Shown: positions 1 through 10,090, counted from the stretch's first letter. The stretch: 58,420 bases of DNA from Chloroflexota bacterium (GCA_030612045.1 JAUWOP010000003.1:1-58420), one strand, 5' to 3'. A program made the numbers and translations. The notes: generated by a model from the sequence alone, not told the origin.

Positions 1-65
1 CCAAATTGTCATTTTTTTGGACGGGGGCGCCCCTAGGGCCCCCCCCCTTCTTAATCCCCCCACTA

Positions 66-1076
66 TTAACCTTTCACCGAAGCAGTGAAGGTGACCACAA
101 TGTGGTAAACATGACCACCCTCGAGAACATCATCGGTATAGTTAATGTCCTGGTTAAAGGTGGTGGTTATGCCAGTACCAACACTATAGTCGCCATTAAC
201 CTGGTTAGAGGCATAGAGGTTTAAGTCTGCGGCGGTGAGAGTTACATACCCCTCCGCGCCAACTTTTATCTTCAGGGCATTGGCCATCTCATTGCCAGAG
301 GCGACATAGCCTGAGCCATCCCACTCACCCATCTTGCCGGCGGCGTAGCCAGCAGTTAATTTCGCCGAATCGGCATCTTTCACTGCTACATTCCAGGCGG
401 TGTTGCACTGGATTTCCAGCCCATTAGCGCCCTCTTTCGCTTGGGTGTTACCATTAGCGGCGAAACTGGTGAGCGACCAACTGGTGACAGCCACCGGAGC
501 ATCAATGGTGATGGTCGGCACCGGATTGGCATCAAGAGTGGTAGTGCCAGAGACCGGGTCAGCAATGTTCACCGTGTCTGAACCAGAGTCCGAACCACTG
601 GTAACTGAGGTAGTATACACCTCAGCAGTGCTTGGGTTGGCGATCAGGTTTACACCAGAATCAGCATTAGTACCAATTTGTATCTCTACAGCGGCGGTGG
701 TGGCATTTAATAACTCTTCACTATACGGTGTGAAGGTTACCGTCCCGCTACCCGTATTGATTGTACAGAGAATACTACCTGCCGTTGTAGTGTCTACCAA
801 AGTCTTCTCTGACTCACCAATTTTGAGGTCAACATCGGTATAAACGACATCAGTTAGATTGAAACCCGTATCAAAGGTAACCACTATTGTTTGATCAGCC
901 GACCACTCAGTTGTCTGTGTCCAAGTAATGGTGTGATTGGCATCCGCGCTCGTTTGCGGAGTGCTCACTGTATCGGTGACGGTTACCGCTTCGGCAAACA
1001 CTGTGCTCACCGGGAAAAGCACCAGCAGCAGGCTGAGAACAATACCAATTCCAGTAATCTTCCAAAGTTTTTTCAT
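66..1076 (-). CDS. secreted beta-rich envelope/surface protein, function unknown
   Basis: 336-aa ORF. Signal-peptide-like N-terminus MKKLWKITGIGIVLSLLLVLFPVSTVFA, then Thr/Ser/Val/Asn-rich sequence with no catalytic motif I recognise. Overlapping plus-strand ORFs (400..843, 891..1106) read as antisense shadows. Confidence 0.6.
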   Translation of the reverse strand: MKKLWKITGIGIVLSLLLVLFPVSTVFAEAVTVTDTVSTPQTSADANHTITWTQTTEWSADQTIVVTFDTGFNLTDVVYTDVDLKIGESEKTLVDTTTAGSILCTINTGSGTVTFTPYSEELLNATTAAVEIQIGTNADSGVNLIANPSTAEVYTTSVTSGSDSGSDTVNIADPVSGTTTLDANPVPTITIDAPVAVTSWSLTSFAANGNTQAKEGANGLEIQCNTAWNVAVKDADSAKLTAGYAAGKMGEWDGSGYVASGNEMANALKIKVGAEGYVTLTAADLNLYASNQVNGDYSVGTGITTTFNQDINYTDDVLEGGHVYHIVVTFTASVKG

Positions 1077-1102
1077 TGTCTACTTTCCAGGGAACCCCAG
1101 GC

Positions 1103-1140
1103 ATAGTCCCCAAAAAGCTGGCTAGCTTTTTGGGGACTAT
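1103..1140. other. perfect 17-bp stem / 4-nt loop hairpin between tRNA-Asn and the surface-protein gene
   Basis: ATAGTCCCCAAAAAGCT-ggct-AGCTTTTTGGGGACTAT, about 26 nt upstream of the ATG at 1076. No adjacent U-tract on the minus strand, so not a clear terminator. Confidence 0.35.
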
Positions 1141-1361
1141 AAATATAAATTTGTTTTTCATTTTTCTCCCCTCTCTGGTTTTAATGCTATGTAACGTAGT
1201 AACATATTGTTGGTGAGCTGTCAAGGTCCTGTGCTCTTTGCGGACGAAATAGAAATCGCCCTCTACGGGAGACCTCCCGAAGAAGGGCGATTCACTGAAC
1301 TATTAGAAGCAGATAGCCCACGCTTTCCGCCGTTAGCCTGGTGGTTCAGATACGAAAAAAG

Positions 1362-1433
1362 CTCCCCGAGCAGGACTCGAACCTGCAACCTGGCGGTTAA
1401 CAGCCGCCCGCTCTACCATTGAGCTATCGGGGA
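1362..1433 (-). tRNA. tRNA-Asn (anticodon GTT)
   Basis: 72-nt cloverleaf folded by hand on the minus strand: acceptor TCCCCGA/TCGGGGA, D arm GCTC-AATGGTA-GAGC, anticodon arm GGCGG-CTGTTAA-CCGCC, variable AGGTT, T arm GCAGG-TTCGAGT-CCTGC, discriminator G. CCA is not encoded. Confidence 0.9.
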
Positions 1434-1532
1434 ACGCTCGACCCCTCCGTTGGCAGGAGGGCAATCTCTAGCTAGTCTTACCTATATCATCCCTCTCCTA
1501 TCCACTTAGGATAAACTCCGCGAAGGGTCTCT

Positions 1533-1583
1533 GAGATTCTTCGTCGCTTCGCTCCTCAGAATGACATTGGGTGAACGGTTACC
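1533..1583. repeat. family-A palindromic repeat (half copy) plus GTGAACGGTTACC module
   Basis: GAGATTCTTCG...CTCAGAATGAC resembles the right arm GAGATTGCTTCG...GCTCGCAATGAC of copies at 10712, 16002, 16762, 22022 and 56503. It is followed by GTGAACGGTTACC, as at 10834, 17004 and 56655. Confidence 0.55.
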
Positions 1584-1650
1584 GTAAATTATACCAGCAT
1601 CGTAGCCACGACACAATCACTTGGAAATAGACCTATATCTATTGTAACTA

Positions 1651-1872
1651 CACAGCCACAGAGCACACTGAGTAGCAGAAATTCCAATGGCCAAATCTCA
1701 ATTTCCAAATAATAACCAAATTCCAATAATCAAACCCTGGTGGTTCCCTGTTTGAGATTTTGGAAAGAGGAGTAATCCCCCTAAATCCCCCTTTTCTAAA
1801 GGGGGACTAAAGGGGATTTGTGATTTCAAGTTCTCGTTCATTTTCTCGGAGTCCTCTGTGAGCTCTGTGGCT
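1651..1872. repeat. family-C MITE-like element (AGCCACAGAG-type inverted termini) with a nested family-B palindrome at 1773..1819
   Basis: Near-identical left arm (CAGCCACAGAG.ACAC.GAGTAGCAGAAATTCCAAT...CCAAATCTCAATTTCCAAATAATA) and right arm (CTCTGTG..CTCTGTGGCT) to the copy at 9199..9404. The core carries TAATCCCCCTAAATCCCCCTTTTCTAAAGGGGGACTAAAGGGGATT. Confidence 0.65.
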
Positions 1873-2141
1873 TACCATAGTCGTTGAACGGCTGCGCTGC
1901 TGGTTTCGGTTGTCGTTGAACGGTTACCGTCTATGAGCCTCGCAACCGTGGACCGTCCATCGTTCCCCCGTGGCGATCTGCGCAACCCTTCACACTTTCC
2001 TCTGTGGCTATCAATTGCCAGTTGAGTAGTTACTATCTATTTACCCTCATAGCCTGTCCATGTTAGAATAGACTTGTGAGTGTGGGCTATGATTATTCAC
2101 CATGGTGAGCATTTGCGGTAGATTTAAAAAGGGGGCTAATT

Positions 2142-2531
2142 ATGCCCGTATATGAATATCGATGTGACAACTGTAGGCGAGTAACCTCTTTATATGTCAG
2201 GGGATTTTCTAGTGAGCCCACACCCGTATGTAGCTATTGTGGTGCTACTGAGCTTAGCCGAATGGTCTCCAGGTTTACTGTCAATAAGACTGAGAAGGAT
2301 AGGTATGAAGATATCCTGAATGACTCCCAACTGGTAAAAGGTATGATGTATAATGACCCCCGTGCTATGGCGGAGTGGTCGAAGAGGTTAGAGGGTACCG
2401 AAGATATAGGTCCTGAATATCAGGAGATGATGGAGAAATTGGAAAGAGGCGAAGACTACGGGAAGGTAATAACCGAGATGCAGGATAAGGAGTTGGGTTC
2501 TCCCGAACCACCAGCATCTTCTGAGGAGTAA
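2142..2531 (+). CDS. FmdB-family zinc-ribbon protein
   Basis: 129 aa starting MPVYEYRCDNCRR...CSYCG (CxxC...CxxC), the typical FmdB/CxxC_CxxC_SSSS N-terminus, with an acidic tail. Confidence 0.7.
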   Translation: MPVYEYRCDNCRRVTSLYVRGFSSEPTPVCSYCGATELSRMVSRFTVNKTEKDRYEDILNDSQLVKGMMYNDPRAMAEWSKRLEGTEDIGPEYQEMMEKLERGEDYGKVITEMQDKELGSPEPPASSEE

Positions 2532-2592
2532 ACTATTACAAGGAACTCAAATAGTGAATTAAATCTCTCTGCGTATTCTGTGGTAAAGTTAT

Positions 2593-2940
2593 ATGCCAGT
2601 ATATGAGTTTGAGTGTAAGTCATGCCATTATAGGGCAAATATGCTTGTCAGGTGTATCGGAGCATCATTCTCACCTGTATGCCCCTACTGCGGCAGCAAG
2701 GAATTGACCCGTCTTGTCTCCAGTTTTGCTTATCACAGGTCATTTGAATCGGGGGACTCTGATAATCAGGGTCCCGACTATTATAAAGACCCTCGTAATA
2801 TCGGTAGATGGACAGAAAAGAGGTTTCGGGAGATGGGCACTGAAATGCCACCGGAGATTCGGGAGACAATTCAAGCATCCAGAGAAGGGGAGATGCCCTC
2901 AGCAGTGAAGGACCTCCAGCCCAATGTAACAGAGATATGA
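2593..2940 (+). CDS. FmdB-family zinc-ribbon protein (tandem paralog)
   Basis: 115 aa starting MPVYEFECKSCHY...CPYCG. Its stop overlaps the thiE start (ATGA). Confidence 0.7.
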   Translation: MPVYEFECKSCHYRANMLVRCIGASFSPVCPYCGSKELTRLVSSFAYHRSFESGDSDNQGPDYYKDPRNIGRWTEKRFREMGTEMPPEIRETIQASREGEMPSAVKDLQPNVTEI

Positions 2941-4016
2941 TGGAGGTAATACGCCTTATAGACGCTAACCTCGACCGCATTGGGGAAGGTCTAAGGGTGC
3001 TCGAAGATATATCGCGCTTCATCCTTGATGACTCTGAACTTTGTGGACAGATAAAGACTCTGCGTCATGAGCTGGTAAAGGGTACTCCCGGTTTGCAAAC
3101 ATCTCTTGTTCTCGCCAGGAGAGTGGGGGATGATGTAGGTCCCCATCTGGAAATTCCTCTAGATAATCAACGGGAAGACCTCCAGGCAGTAGTAATAGCT
3201 AATGCCAGGAGGGTTCAGGAATCTCTCAGGGTAATAGAAGAGTTTGCCAAGCTTCCCTTTACTCCTCTCGGAGTATCTCCAACAAAATTAGAGCAGTCCC
3301 GATTCACTATCTATGAGCTGGAGCAGAGATTAGTGACTCGGCTGCTGCGACAGGAGAAGGTGAAGGGATTAGCAGGGCTTTATGCTATCTTAGATATTTC
3401 CAGCCTCCAGGAGCAAGACCCCATTACTGCCGCTTATGAAATCATTCAGGGTGGAGTAACCACGCTCCAGTTGCGAGATAAGCAATCTACCAGGGCTGAA
3501 TTGCTGAGGCTGGCGCAGCACCTTAGAGAGTTATGCCACCAAAATGGGGTAGTGTTCCTCATAAACGACTATGTGGATGTAGCACTTGCAGCTCAGGCAG
3601 ATGGAGTTCACCTGGGACAAAGAGACTTACCTGTCTCGGAGGTACGCCGTCTGCTGCCGCTTGATAAAGTCATTGGTTGTTCTGTAACTACGGTGTCACA
3701 GGCGCAGCAAGCACAGGTAGAAGGTGCCGATTATATCGCAGTAGGTGCTATCTACCCTACTAAATCCAAAAAGGACTTCAAGCTTGTAGGTATAGAAGGG
3801 CTTATCGATGTCAGTAAGAGTACCTCTTTACCTGTTATAGCCATTGGTGGTGCCAATCTGAGTAATGTAGAGGAGATTATGAAGGCAGGTGCCACAGGCA
3901 TAGCTGCCATCAGTGCTATTCTCAGTGCAGCAGATAGAAAGAGTGCTACCCAACAGCTTATTGCCAGAATAGAGCAGATTCGGAAATCGATAGAATCACT
4001 AAGTCCAGAGTCCTGA
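2937..4016 (+). CDS. thiE: thiamine-phosphate synthase with about 140-aa N-terminal extension
   Basis: The C-terminal about 210 aa carry ThiE hallmarks (LYAILD..., TTLQLRDK, ADGVHLGQRDLP, IGCSV, ADYIAVGAIYPTKSK, PVIAIGG). The N-terminal region MEVIRLIDANLDRIGEGLRVLEDISRF resembles the accessory domain fused to ThiE in some anaerobes (from memory). Confidence 0.8.
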   Translation: MMEVIRLIDANLDRIGEGLRVLEDISRFILDDSELCGQIKTLRHELVKGTPGLQTSLVLARRVGDDVGPHLEIPLDNQREDLQAVVIANARRVQESLRVIEEFAKLPFTPLGVSPTKLEQSRFTIYELEQRLVTRLLRQEKVKGLAGLYAILDISSLQEQDPITAAYEIIQGGVTTLQLRDKQSTRAELLRLAQHLRELCHQNGVVFLINDYVDVALAAQADGVHLGQRDLPVSEVRRLLPLDKVIGCSVTTVSQAQQAQVEGADYIAVGAIYPTKSKKDFKLVGIEGLIDVSKSTSLPVIAIGGANLSNVEEIMKAGATGIAAISAILSAADRKSATQQLIARIEQIRKSIESLSPES

Positions 4017-4031
4017 CTCTAGAATAAAGAC

Positions 4032-5414
4032 TCAGGGTTGCAGTGCTATTTTGATGCCTGCTTTCAGTGAGTCTAGACTGACAAGCTCAATAGGTGTCTC
4101 GGTGTTAATGTTGTTCCTGGATACTGAGGGGATGAGACATCGAGTGAATCCTTGCCGTGATGCCTCAGAGACTCTTCTTTCCAATTGGGACACACCCCTA
4201 ATTTCACCAGTCAGTCCTACCTCACCGATTGCCACCAGATTGGGGTGTATCCTCTGGTCATAGAAGCTAGAGGCAATAGCAAGAGCAGTAGCGAGGTCAG
4301 CGGCTGGTTCATTAATCTTCAATCCGCCTGTAACATTCACGGTGACATCTTGATTGTATAGACGTAGCCCGGCTCGTTTGGTAAGAACAGCAATAATGAG
4401 ATGAAGACGGTTAATGTCTATACCATTAGTTGTTCGCCGTGGTAGCCCAAAGTTGGTGGTAGTAGTTAGTGCCTGAATTTCTACCAGCAGAGGACGAGTA
4501 CCTTCGATAACAGGAGCTATGGCTGAGCCACTGGTATTATCAGGGCACTGTGGCAGGAAAAAGCGGGAAGCATCTTGTACCTCAAAAAGTCCCTTCTCTT
4601 GCATTTCAAAAATGCCAACCTCATTAGTAGAACCGAAACGGTTTTTCACCCCTCGGAGGATTCTGTAGGTGCTGGAGTTTTCTCCCTCCATATACAGCAC
4701 TACATCTACGATATGTTCCAGGACCTTGGGACCGGCAATAGCACCTTCTTTAGTCACATGACCAGTAATAAGAAGAGGAATACCGGATGCCTTAGCCCAA
4801 TGCATTAGCTTCAGGGTAGATTCCCTTATTTGAGTGATGCTTCCTGGTGCACCCGTAACACCTTCCAAGCAGACTGTCTGAATAGAGTCAATTACACCCA
4901 GACGAGGGGATATTGCCTCCATCTTCTGCAGGATAAGGTCAAGGTCAGTTTCACAGATAAGGTGTAAACCATCACCCTTGATACCAAGACGGTCGGCTCT
5001 TAGCCTTATTTGGTAAAGAGATTCCTCACCTGATATATAAGCAACTCTATTTTCACAGGAGGCGATAGTTGCTGAGATTTGGAGCAGTAGAGTTGACTTA
5101 CCAATCCCGGGGTCGCCGCTGAGAAGCGACAAAGAGCCAGGTACTATTCCACCCCCCAGCACACGATTGAATTCATTACAGGTAGTAGCAAGGCGAGGCA
5201 TATCCTTCGTGGTTACCTGGGAGAGTTCAAGTGATGTCTTACTTAGCTCTGTGAGCAGGTCTTTGTCTCTTGTGATAGGTTTAGGTGTAACTGCCTGAAA
5301 AGAGTTCCATTCCTGGCAATCAGGACAACGCCCCAGCCACTTAGGGCTTTCTTTACCACACTGCTGGCAAATATAAATTACCTTTGACTGGGACCTGCTC
5401 ACCTTCTCTGCCAT
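4032..5414 (-). CDS. radA: DNA repair protein RadA/Sms
   Basis: N-terminal Zn ribbon CQQCG...CPDCQEWNSF, Walker A GDPGIGKSTLLLQ, KNRFG motif and a Lon-like C-terminal domain. 460 aa. Confidence 0.95.
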   Translation of the reverse strand: MAEKVSRSQSKVIYICQQCGKESPKWLGRCPDCQEWNSFQAVTPKPITRDKDLLTELSKTSLELSQVTTKDMPRLATTCNEFNRVLGGGIVPGSLSLLSGDPGIGKSTLLLQISATIASCENRVAYISGEESLYQIRLRADRLGIKGDGLHLICETDLDLILQKMEAISPRLGVIDSIQTVCLEGVTGAPGSITQIRESTLKLMHWAKASGIPLLITGHVTKEGAIAGPKVLEHIVDVVLYMEGENSSTYRILRGVKNRFGSTNEVGIFEMQEKGLFEVQDASRFFLPQCPDNTSGSAIAPVIEGTRPLLVEIQALTTTTNFGLPRRTTNGIDINRLHLIIAVLTKRAGLRLYNQDVTVNVTGGLKINEPAADLATALAIASSFYDQRIHPNLVAIGEVGLTGEIRGVSQLERRVSEASRQGFTRCLIPSVSRNNINTETPIELVSLDSLKAGIKIALQP

Positions 5415-5489
5415 TAGTCGAGAGAAGCAACAAATACTAACTCTCGGCTACCTAAGGGGTTTTATAACTGGCTATAATTTATTCAGGGG

Positions 5490-7961
5490 TCAGGGGCCAG
5501 TGGCAGCTTCTACCAGGGTTGATGAAGTTATCTCAATCTCATCACCCTTACGATCCAGACGAACAGTACCTCCAGGTTGGAATTCACCTCGGAGCAGCTT
5601 TTCGGCAAGCTGGTCTTCTACCATGGCCTGGATTGTGCGGCGTAATGGTCGGGCACCAAAAGTCTTGTCATATCCCTTTTCACAGAGTAGCTCCTTAGCT
5701 TCCTCTGTTACTTCCAGGTTCATTCCCCTTTCCAGCAATTGCGACCTTATAGGCCGTAGCATCAGGTTAACAATCTGATATATCTGCTCCCTGGTAAGGT
5801 AATGAAATACGACTACACCATCAATACGGTTAAGAAACTCAGGTCGGAAGACCTTTTTCACTTGCTCAAGGACTTTTCCCTTCATCCGTTCATAAGATTG
5901 CTCCTGCGTCTTTACTTCATCAGCCCGGCTAGCAAAGCCCACAGCAGCATCCTTCTTAATAAGCTCAGCCCCTATATTACTGGTCATAATGATGATGCAA
6001 TTACGGAAATCAACCTTCCGTCCCTTGGCATCAGTTAAGTGACCATCATCAAATATCTGAAGCAGTATATTGAACACATCAGGATGTGCTTTCTCAATCT
6101 CGTCCAGGAGGATACAGCTATAAGATTTGCGTCTTACTGCCTCAGTAAGTTGCCCTCCTTCGTCATAGCCGATATATCCCGGTGGTGCACCTACCAAGCG
6201 AGCCACAGTATGCTTTTCCATGAATTCTGACATATCCAGCCGAATAAGGTCTCCCTCATCACCAAACATAAACTCTGCCAGTGCTTTGGCGACCTCTGTT
6301 TTCCCTACACCTGTTGGTCCGAGGAAGATGAAACATCCAGTAGGGCGACGAGGATCCTTAACCCCAGCTCGGGCACGTCTCATAGCCTTTGATATAATAG
6401 TAATCGCTTCATCCTGACCGACAATACGCTGGTGCATCACCTCCTCCATGTGAAGGAGTCGCTCCACCTCGTCTGCAGCAAGCTGGGAAACTGGTATCCC
6501 TGTCCACATACTTACCACTTCAGCGACATCATTCTCAGTTACCACAAGCTCACTCGCATTCGTCTCAGACTGATGAGTGATTTCCATCTCTTGCAATTTA
6601 TCCACAAGGTGAAGCTCACGGTCTCTCAACTCTGCGGCATATTCATATGCTTGCTCATTAATGGCAGATTCCTTCTCTTTACGGACATGCTCTAAGACAT
6701 TCCTGGCTTCATTGAGACCGATGGATCTACCTGATCGCGTGAGACGCACTCGCGAGGCAGCTTCATCTACCACATCTATTGCCTTATCTGGCAGGTAGCG
6801 GTCAGAAATGTATCGTGCTGCCAGATGTGTAGCAGATTGTACCGCCTCATCACTTATTATCAGGTGATGATGGTCTTCATAGCGGGATTTAATACCTTGC
6901 ACGATTTCGATTGTCTCCTCAATGGTAGGTTCATTTACCATAATAGGCTGGAAACGGCGTTCCAAAGCAGCATCCCGTTCTACATACTTCTGGTAATCGC
7001 GGAGAGTGGTCGCTCCAATACATTGGAATTCCCCCCGAGCCAGAGGGGGTTTAAGGATATTCGCTGCATCAACAGCCCCTTCGGCTGCCCCTGCACCTAT
7101 TAGGGTATGCATCTCATCAATGAAGAGAATGCAGTTGCCTGCTCCCCTGACCTCTTCGATTACTCGTTTTAGTCGCTCCTCGAATTCCCCACGGTACTTA
7201 GTGCCTGCCACGAGTGACCCTACATCAAGGTTTATTATTCGTTTCCCCTGGAGGGATTCAGGAGCTTCTCCTCCTACGATATAGTGTGCCAGACCTTCCA
7301 CGACTGCTGTTTTGCCTACACCAGCGTGTCCTATCAATACTGGATTATTCTTAGTACGGCGACTGAGTATTTGGGTTAGCCGTTCAATTTCTTTCCTGCG
7401 GCCGATAACTGGGTCAAGCTTACCTGCCTTAGCCATATCGGTTAGATTACGCCCCAATTGGTCTAATATGGGGGTGCGAGAGGAGGTTCGACCCCCCGAA
7501 GGTGAACGCGTACTGCTTTGGCTGAGGAGGCGCATAATCTCTGTACGAGTCTGCTCTAGAGTAATTCCTAGACTTTCCAACACACCGGCAGCTATCCCTT
7601 CGCCTTCACGCAGCAGCCCCAAGAGCAGATGTTCAGTACCAATGTAAGTGTGATTAAGCTGACGGGCTTCATCCACTGCCAGTTCGATTGCCTTCTTTGA
7701 GCGTGGTGCAAGCCCAATCTCACCCTCTGTGGCTACCTTTTCCCCTTTTCCTATGATAAATTCTACTGCATTACGGACTTTAGTTGAGTCAGCTCCAAGG
7801 TTAGTGAGTGCTCTAGCCGCAATCCCTTCATTTTCACGAATCAGCCCCAGCAGGATATGCTCTGTTCCGATGTAGTTATGGTGAAGGTGATTCGCTTCCT
7901 CCTGCGCATATGTAAGAGCACGCCGTGCTCTGTCTGAAAACTTCTCAAATCTACTAACCAT
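5490..7961 (-). CDS. clpC: ATP-dependent Clp protease ATP-binding subunit ClpC
   Basis: 823 aa. Duplicated Clp_N repeats ([10 protein letters not shown] / [10 protein letters not shown]), two AAA+ modules ([16 protein letters not shown]) and a UVR-like linker. Many antisense shadow ORFs. Confidence 0.9.
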   Translation of the reverse strand: MVSRFEKFSDRARRALTYAQEEANHLHHNYIGTEHILLGLIRENEGIAARALTNLGADSTKVRNAVEFIIGKGEKVATEGEIGLAPRSKKAIELAVDEARQLNHTYIGTEHLLLGLLREGEGIAAGVLESLGITLEQTRTEIMRLLSQSSTRSPSGGRTSSRTPILDQLGRNLTDMAKAGKLDPVIGRRKEIERLTQILSRRTKNNPVLIGHAGVGKTAVVEGLAHYIVGGEAPESLQGKRIINLDVGSLVAGTKYRGEFEERLKRVIEEVRGAGNCILFIDEMHTLIGAGAAEGAVDAANILKPPLARGEFQCIGATTLRDYQKYVERDAALERRFQPIMVNEPTIEETIEIVQGIKSRYEDHHHLIISDEAVQSATHLAARYISDRYLPDKAIDVVDEAASRVRLTRSGRSIGLNEARNVLEHVRKEKESAINEQAYEYAAELRDRELHLVDKLQEMEITHQSETNASELVVTENDVAEVVSMWTGIPVSQLAADEVERLLHMEEVMHQRIVGQDEAITIISKAMRRARAGVKDPRRPTGCFIFLGPTGVGKTEVAKALAEFMFGDEGDLIRLDMSEFMEKHTVARLVGAPPGYIGYDEGGQLTEAVRRKSYSCILLDEIEKAHPDVFNILLQIFDDGHLTDAKGRKVDFRNCIIIMTSNIGAELIKKDAAVGFASRADEVKTQEQSYERMKGKVLEQVKKVFRPEFLNRIDGVVVFHYLTREQIYQIVNLMLRPIRSQLLERGMNLEVTEEAKELLCEKGYDKTFGARPLRRTIQAMVEDQLAEKLLRGEFQPGGTVRLDRKGDEIEITSSTLVEAATGP

Positions 7962-8169
7962 GATTAAGATTATTCTATCACATTTCAGTAAAAAGATAAA
8001 GCTCTAGTCTCTTCAGTCTCCACACTCTTTAGCATAAAAAGGGGCGATTGAAAGCACCCACTGCCCTCTATAACTTTTGGGGTAGAGAAACTCATGTGAG
8101 ATACTGCGCAATCCAACACCAAAATATTATATAATGAGGGTTGAGCGACCAGTATGGAGGTATATTGAA

Positions 8170-8979
8170 GTGAGCGAGAAGCCTGAATTTTCCATGAATG
8201 AGTTTGCGGTTCTTGACTGCCCTGAAATTTTGCAAATTATCTTCTATCCAAGGAGGGACTCTTCTCCACAACCCAGTGTTGCCAATGCCACAGCCCGCCT
8301 CATCCCTGTAGGTGAAGGGATTTCTATTTCCTGCCGTTTTTATTCTGCTGATGAAACATCGCCCAACCTTTTGTTCTTTCATGGTAATGGAGAGATAGCC
8401 AGTGATTATGATGATGTCGCTCCACTTTTTACTCAAATGGGCATCAACTTCTTCGTAGCCGACTATAGAGGTTATGGTCTAAGCGGGGGGGAGCCGACAC
8501 TTATTGATATGATAAAGGATGCTCATTCCATATTTGATGGCTTCAAGCAAATGTTGAAGCAGGAAGGGTACTCCGGAAATATTTTCGTCATGGGGCGTTC
8601 CATGGGAAGCTCTTCAGCTATTGAGCTTGCCTTTAACTACCAGGACCAGATTAAGGGAGTGATTATAGAGAGTGGTTTTGCCAGTCTCATCAGGATACTT
8701 GCTTATGCAGGAATTCCTATGGAAATGTTTGGGCATGGTGAAGTTAAAGTATCTTTCAACATTGAACGGATACAATCTGTCTCTATTCCCACTCTAATCA
8801 TCCATGGAGAGCGGGATGAACTCATTCCTCTCCAGGAGGGTAAAGACCTTTACCAGAACTCCATTGCCGAGGATAAACGATTATTAGTTATTCCGAAAGC
8901 TACTCACAATGATATCTTTGTGATTGGTATAAATGAGTATCTTGACACGGTAAAGGAATTTATTACGGCTCACAGCTAA
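8170..8979 (+). CDS. alpha/beta-fold hydrolase
   Basis: HGNGE oxyanion region, nucleophile elbow GRSMGSS, IHGERDELIP and late His (ATHND). The GTG at 8170 sits 9 nt after GGAGG; the track ORF begins at 8134. Confidence 0.75.
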   Translation: MSEKPEFSMNEFAVLDCPEILQIIFYPRRDSSPQPSVANATARLIPVGEGISISCRFYSADETSPNLLFFHGNGEIASDYDDVAPLFTQMGINFFVADYRGYGLSGGEPTLIDMIKDAHSIFDGFKQMLKQEGYSGNIFVMGRSMGSSSAIELAFNYQDQIKGVIIESGFASLIRILAYAGIPMEMFGHGEVKVSFNIERIQSVSIPTLIIHGERDELIPLQEGKDLYQNSIAEDKRLLVIPKATHNDIFVIGINEYLDTVKEFITAHS

Positions 8980-9015
8980 ATTGTGGGTAGCTGCTGATTT
9001 CACCGCTCCTAATTT

Positions 9016-9157
9016 TCAATTAGTCCAATCTTTGCATAGCAACTCGGCTTGCTCCAGGACTGTTAATGTAGCCTTCTCCTGCTTATCTGGGGGATATCCG
9101 TACTTACGTAGTATCCGCCTAAACTATTGTCCGCAGCTTGGCACGAGCGCTTTCCCT
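9016..9157 (-). pseudogene. 3' remnant of a type I restriction enzyme R-subunit (hsdR) gene, frameshifted
   Basis: The minus strand reads [12 protein letters not shown](stop/frameshift)[34 protein letters not shown]. The [10 protein letters not shown]...VLEQAE tail is the characteristic HsdR C-terminus. There is no upstream gene body, and it abuts the family-C repeat. Confidence 0.5.
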
Positions 9158-9198
9158 TCACAGTAAACCTACCTCGAGAGGCAGGGTCATTCATAACT

Positions 9199-9430
9199 AC
9201 TCAGCCACAGAGGACACCGAGTAGCAGAAATTCCAATAACCAAATCTCAATTTCCAAATAATACCCAAGTTCCAATAACCAAACCCTGGTGGTTCTCTGT
9301 TTGGGATTTTGGTAATTGGTGCTTGGGATTTGTGATTTGGAACAAGGGGTTGCAACCCCTTGTTCATTTCCATTTCCTCTGTGTTCTCTGTGAACTCTGT
9401 GGCTATCAATTGCCGGCTATGTAGTTTACC
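9199..9430. repeat. family-C MITE-like element, second copy
   Basis: Same arms as 1651..1872. The core here holds the small palindrome AACAAGGGGTTGCAACCCCTTGTT instead of family B. The trailing ATCAATTGCCGGCTATGTAGTTTACC matches 2010..2035. ORF 9197..9436 is its translation artefact. Confidence 0.65.
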
Positions 9431-9509
9431 GGTCATTCATGAATTGCTTTACAGTGACCGCTTTACCAGAACCCTCTAAGGAAGGACTATCACCGAGACA
9501 CATCTGGAC

Positions 9510-9605
9510 CTATCTTACATAGTGGGGTTGTTGGTTGGGCATTATGGCAGACTGTTCTCTCAGGTACCGCTCAAATTCGCTGAGAACCATACTGTTTCGA
9601 GTCAT
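9510..9605 (-). pseudogene. possible N-terminal remnant of a tyrosine recombinase/integrase gene
   Basis: AAGGAG RBS, then ATG and 31 codons MTRNSMVLSEFERYLREQSAIMPNQQPHYVR*. The EF.RYLR...Q.PhYV pattern resembles the SAM-like N-terminal domain of integron-type integrases. It stops prematurely and nothing follows. Confidence 0.3.
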
Positions 9606-9796
9606 TATTAACAGAACTCCTTACTATACTACATACAATACAATACAATATTATATCATTAGGGTATCTTACAACAAATGTTTGCAACAAAGCCGCTATT
9701 GGGGAAACATACAGGGGAAGACACACATCAATATAATAATAAGTTGGGCTGCCGTACAGTGCCGGTGTGCAATCCTATAATTGAGGGGAGGAAGCT

Positions 9797-10090
9797 ATGA
9801 AGTTTGTGGGGTTCCAAGAGTATGTAAAGGCAATCCTTAAAACGGCAGAATATAAAGGAGATTCTGAAGTTGGCTGTGTCGTAGCAATCGCTCCTGTTTT
9901 GCCAGGCTGTATGACTCAGGGGGACAATTTTGAAGAAGCACGAGACAACCTTATAGATGCTATCGAGCTTTGGCTTACAGTAGGGCTAAGAGAAGGACAA
10001 GAAATGCCTCTAATCAATGGGGTCAAGTTAGCGACTGCTGCCGAGCACCTGGAACAAATTGCTACTTCGAGGAACGTTACTTATGACTAA
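9797..10090 (+). CDS. hicB: HicB-family antitoxin (UPF0150 fold)
   Basis: 97 aa with VVAIAPVLPGCMTQGDNFEEARDNLIDAIELWL, the typical HicB core. The stop overlaps the downstream hicA start by 8 nt (ATGACTAA). Confidence 0.75.
   Translation: MKFVGFQEYVKAILKTAEYKGDSEVGCVVAIAPVLPGCMTQGDNFEEARDNLIDAIELWLTVGLREGQEMPLINGVKLATAAEHLEQIATSRNVTYD

Noticed and set aside
1-65. G/C homopolymer-rich window edge (GGGGGCGCCCCTAGGGCCCCCCCCC)
   Set aside because: It could form a GC hairpin downstream of the surface-protein gene. However, it lies at the window boundary, has no U-tract and cannot be interpreted without upstream sequence.
2036-2141. TPP riboswitch upstream of the FmdB-FmdB-thiE unit
   Set aside because: No CUGAGA / ACCUGAUCUGGAUAAUGCCAGCG-like core elements were visible by eye. 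This is left as a computational check only.
9197-9436. 79-aa ORF (…FTENTEEMEMNKGLQPLVPN…)
   Set aside because: It lies entirely within the family-C repeat and its sequence is dictated by the palindrome arms. A near-identical nucleotide copy at 1651..1872 is not in an ORF.
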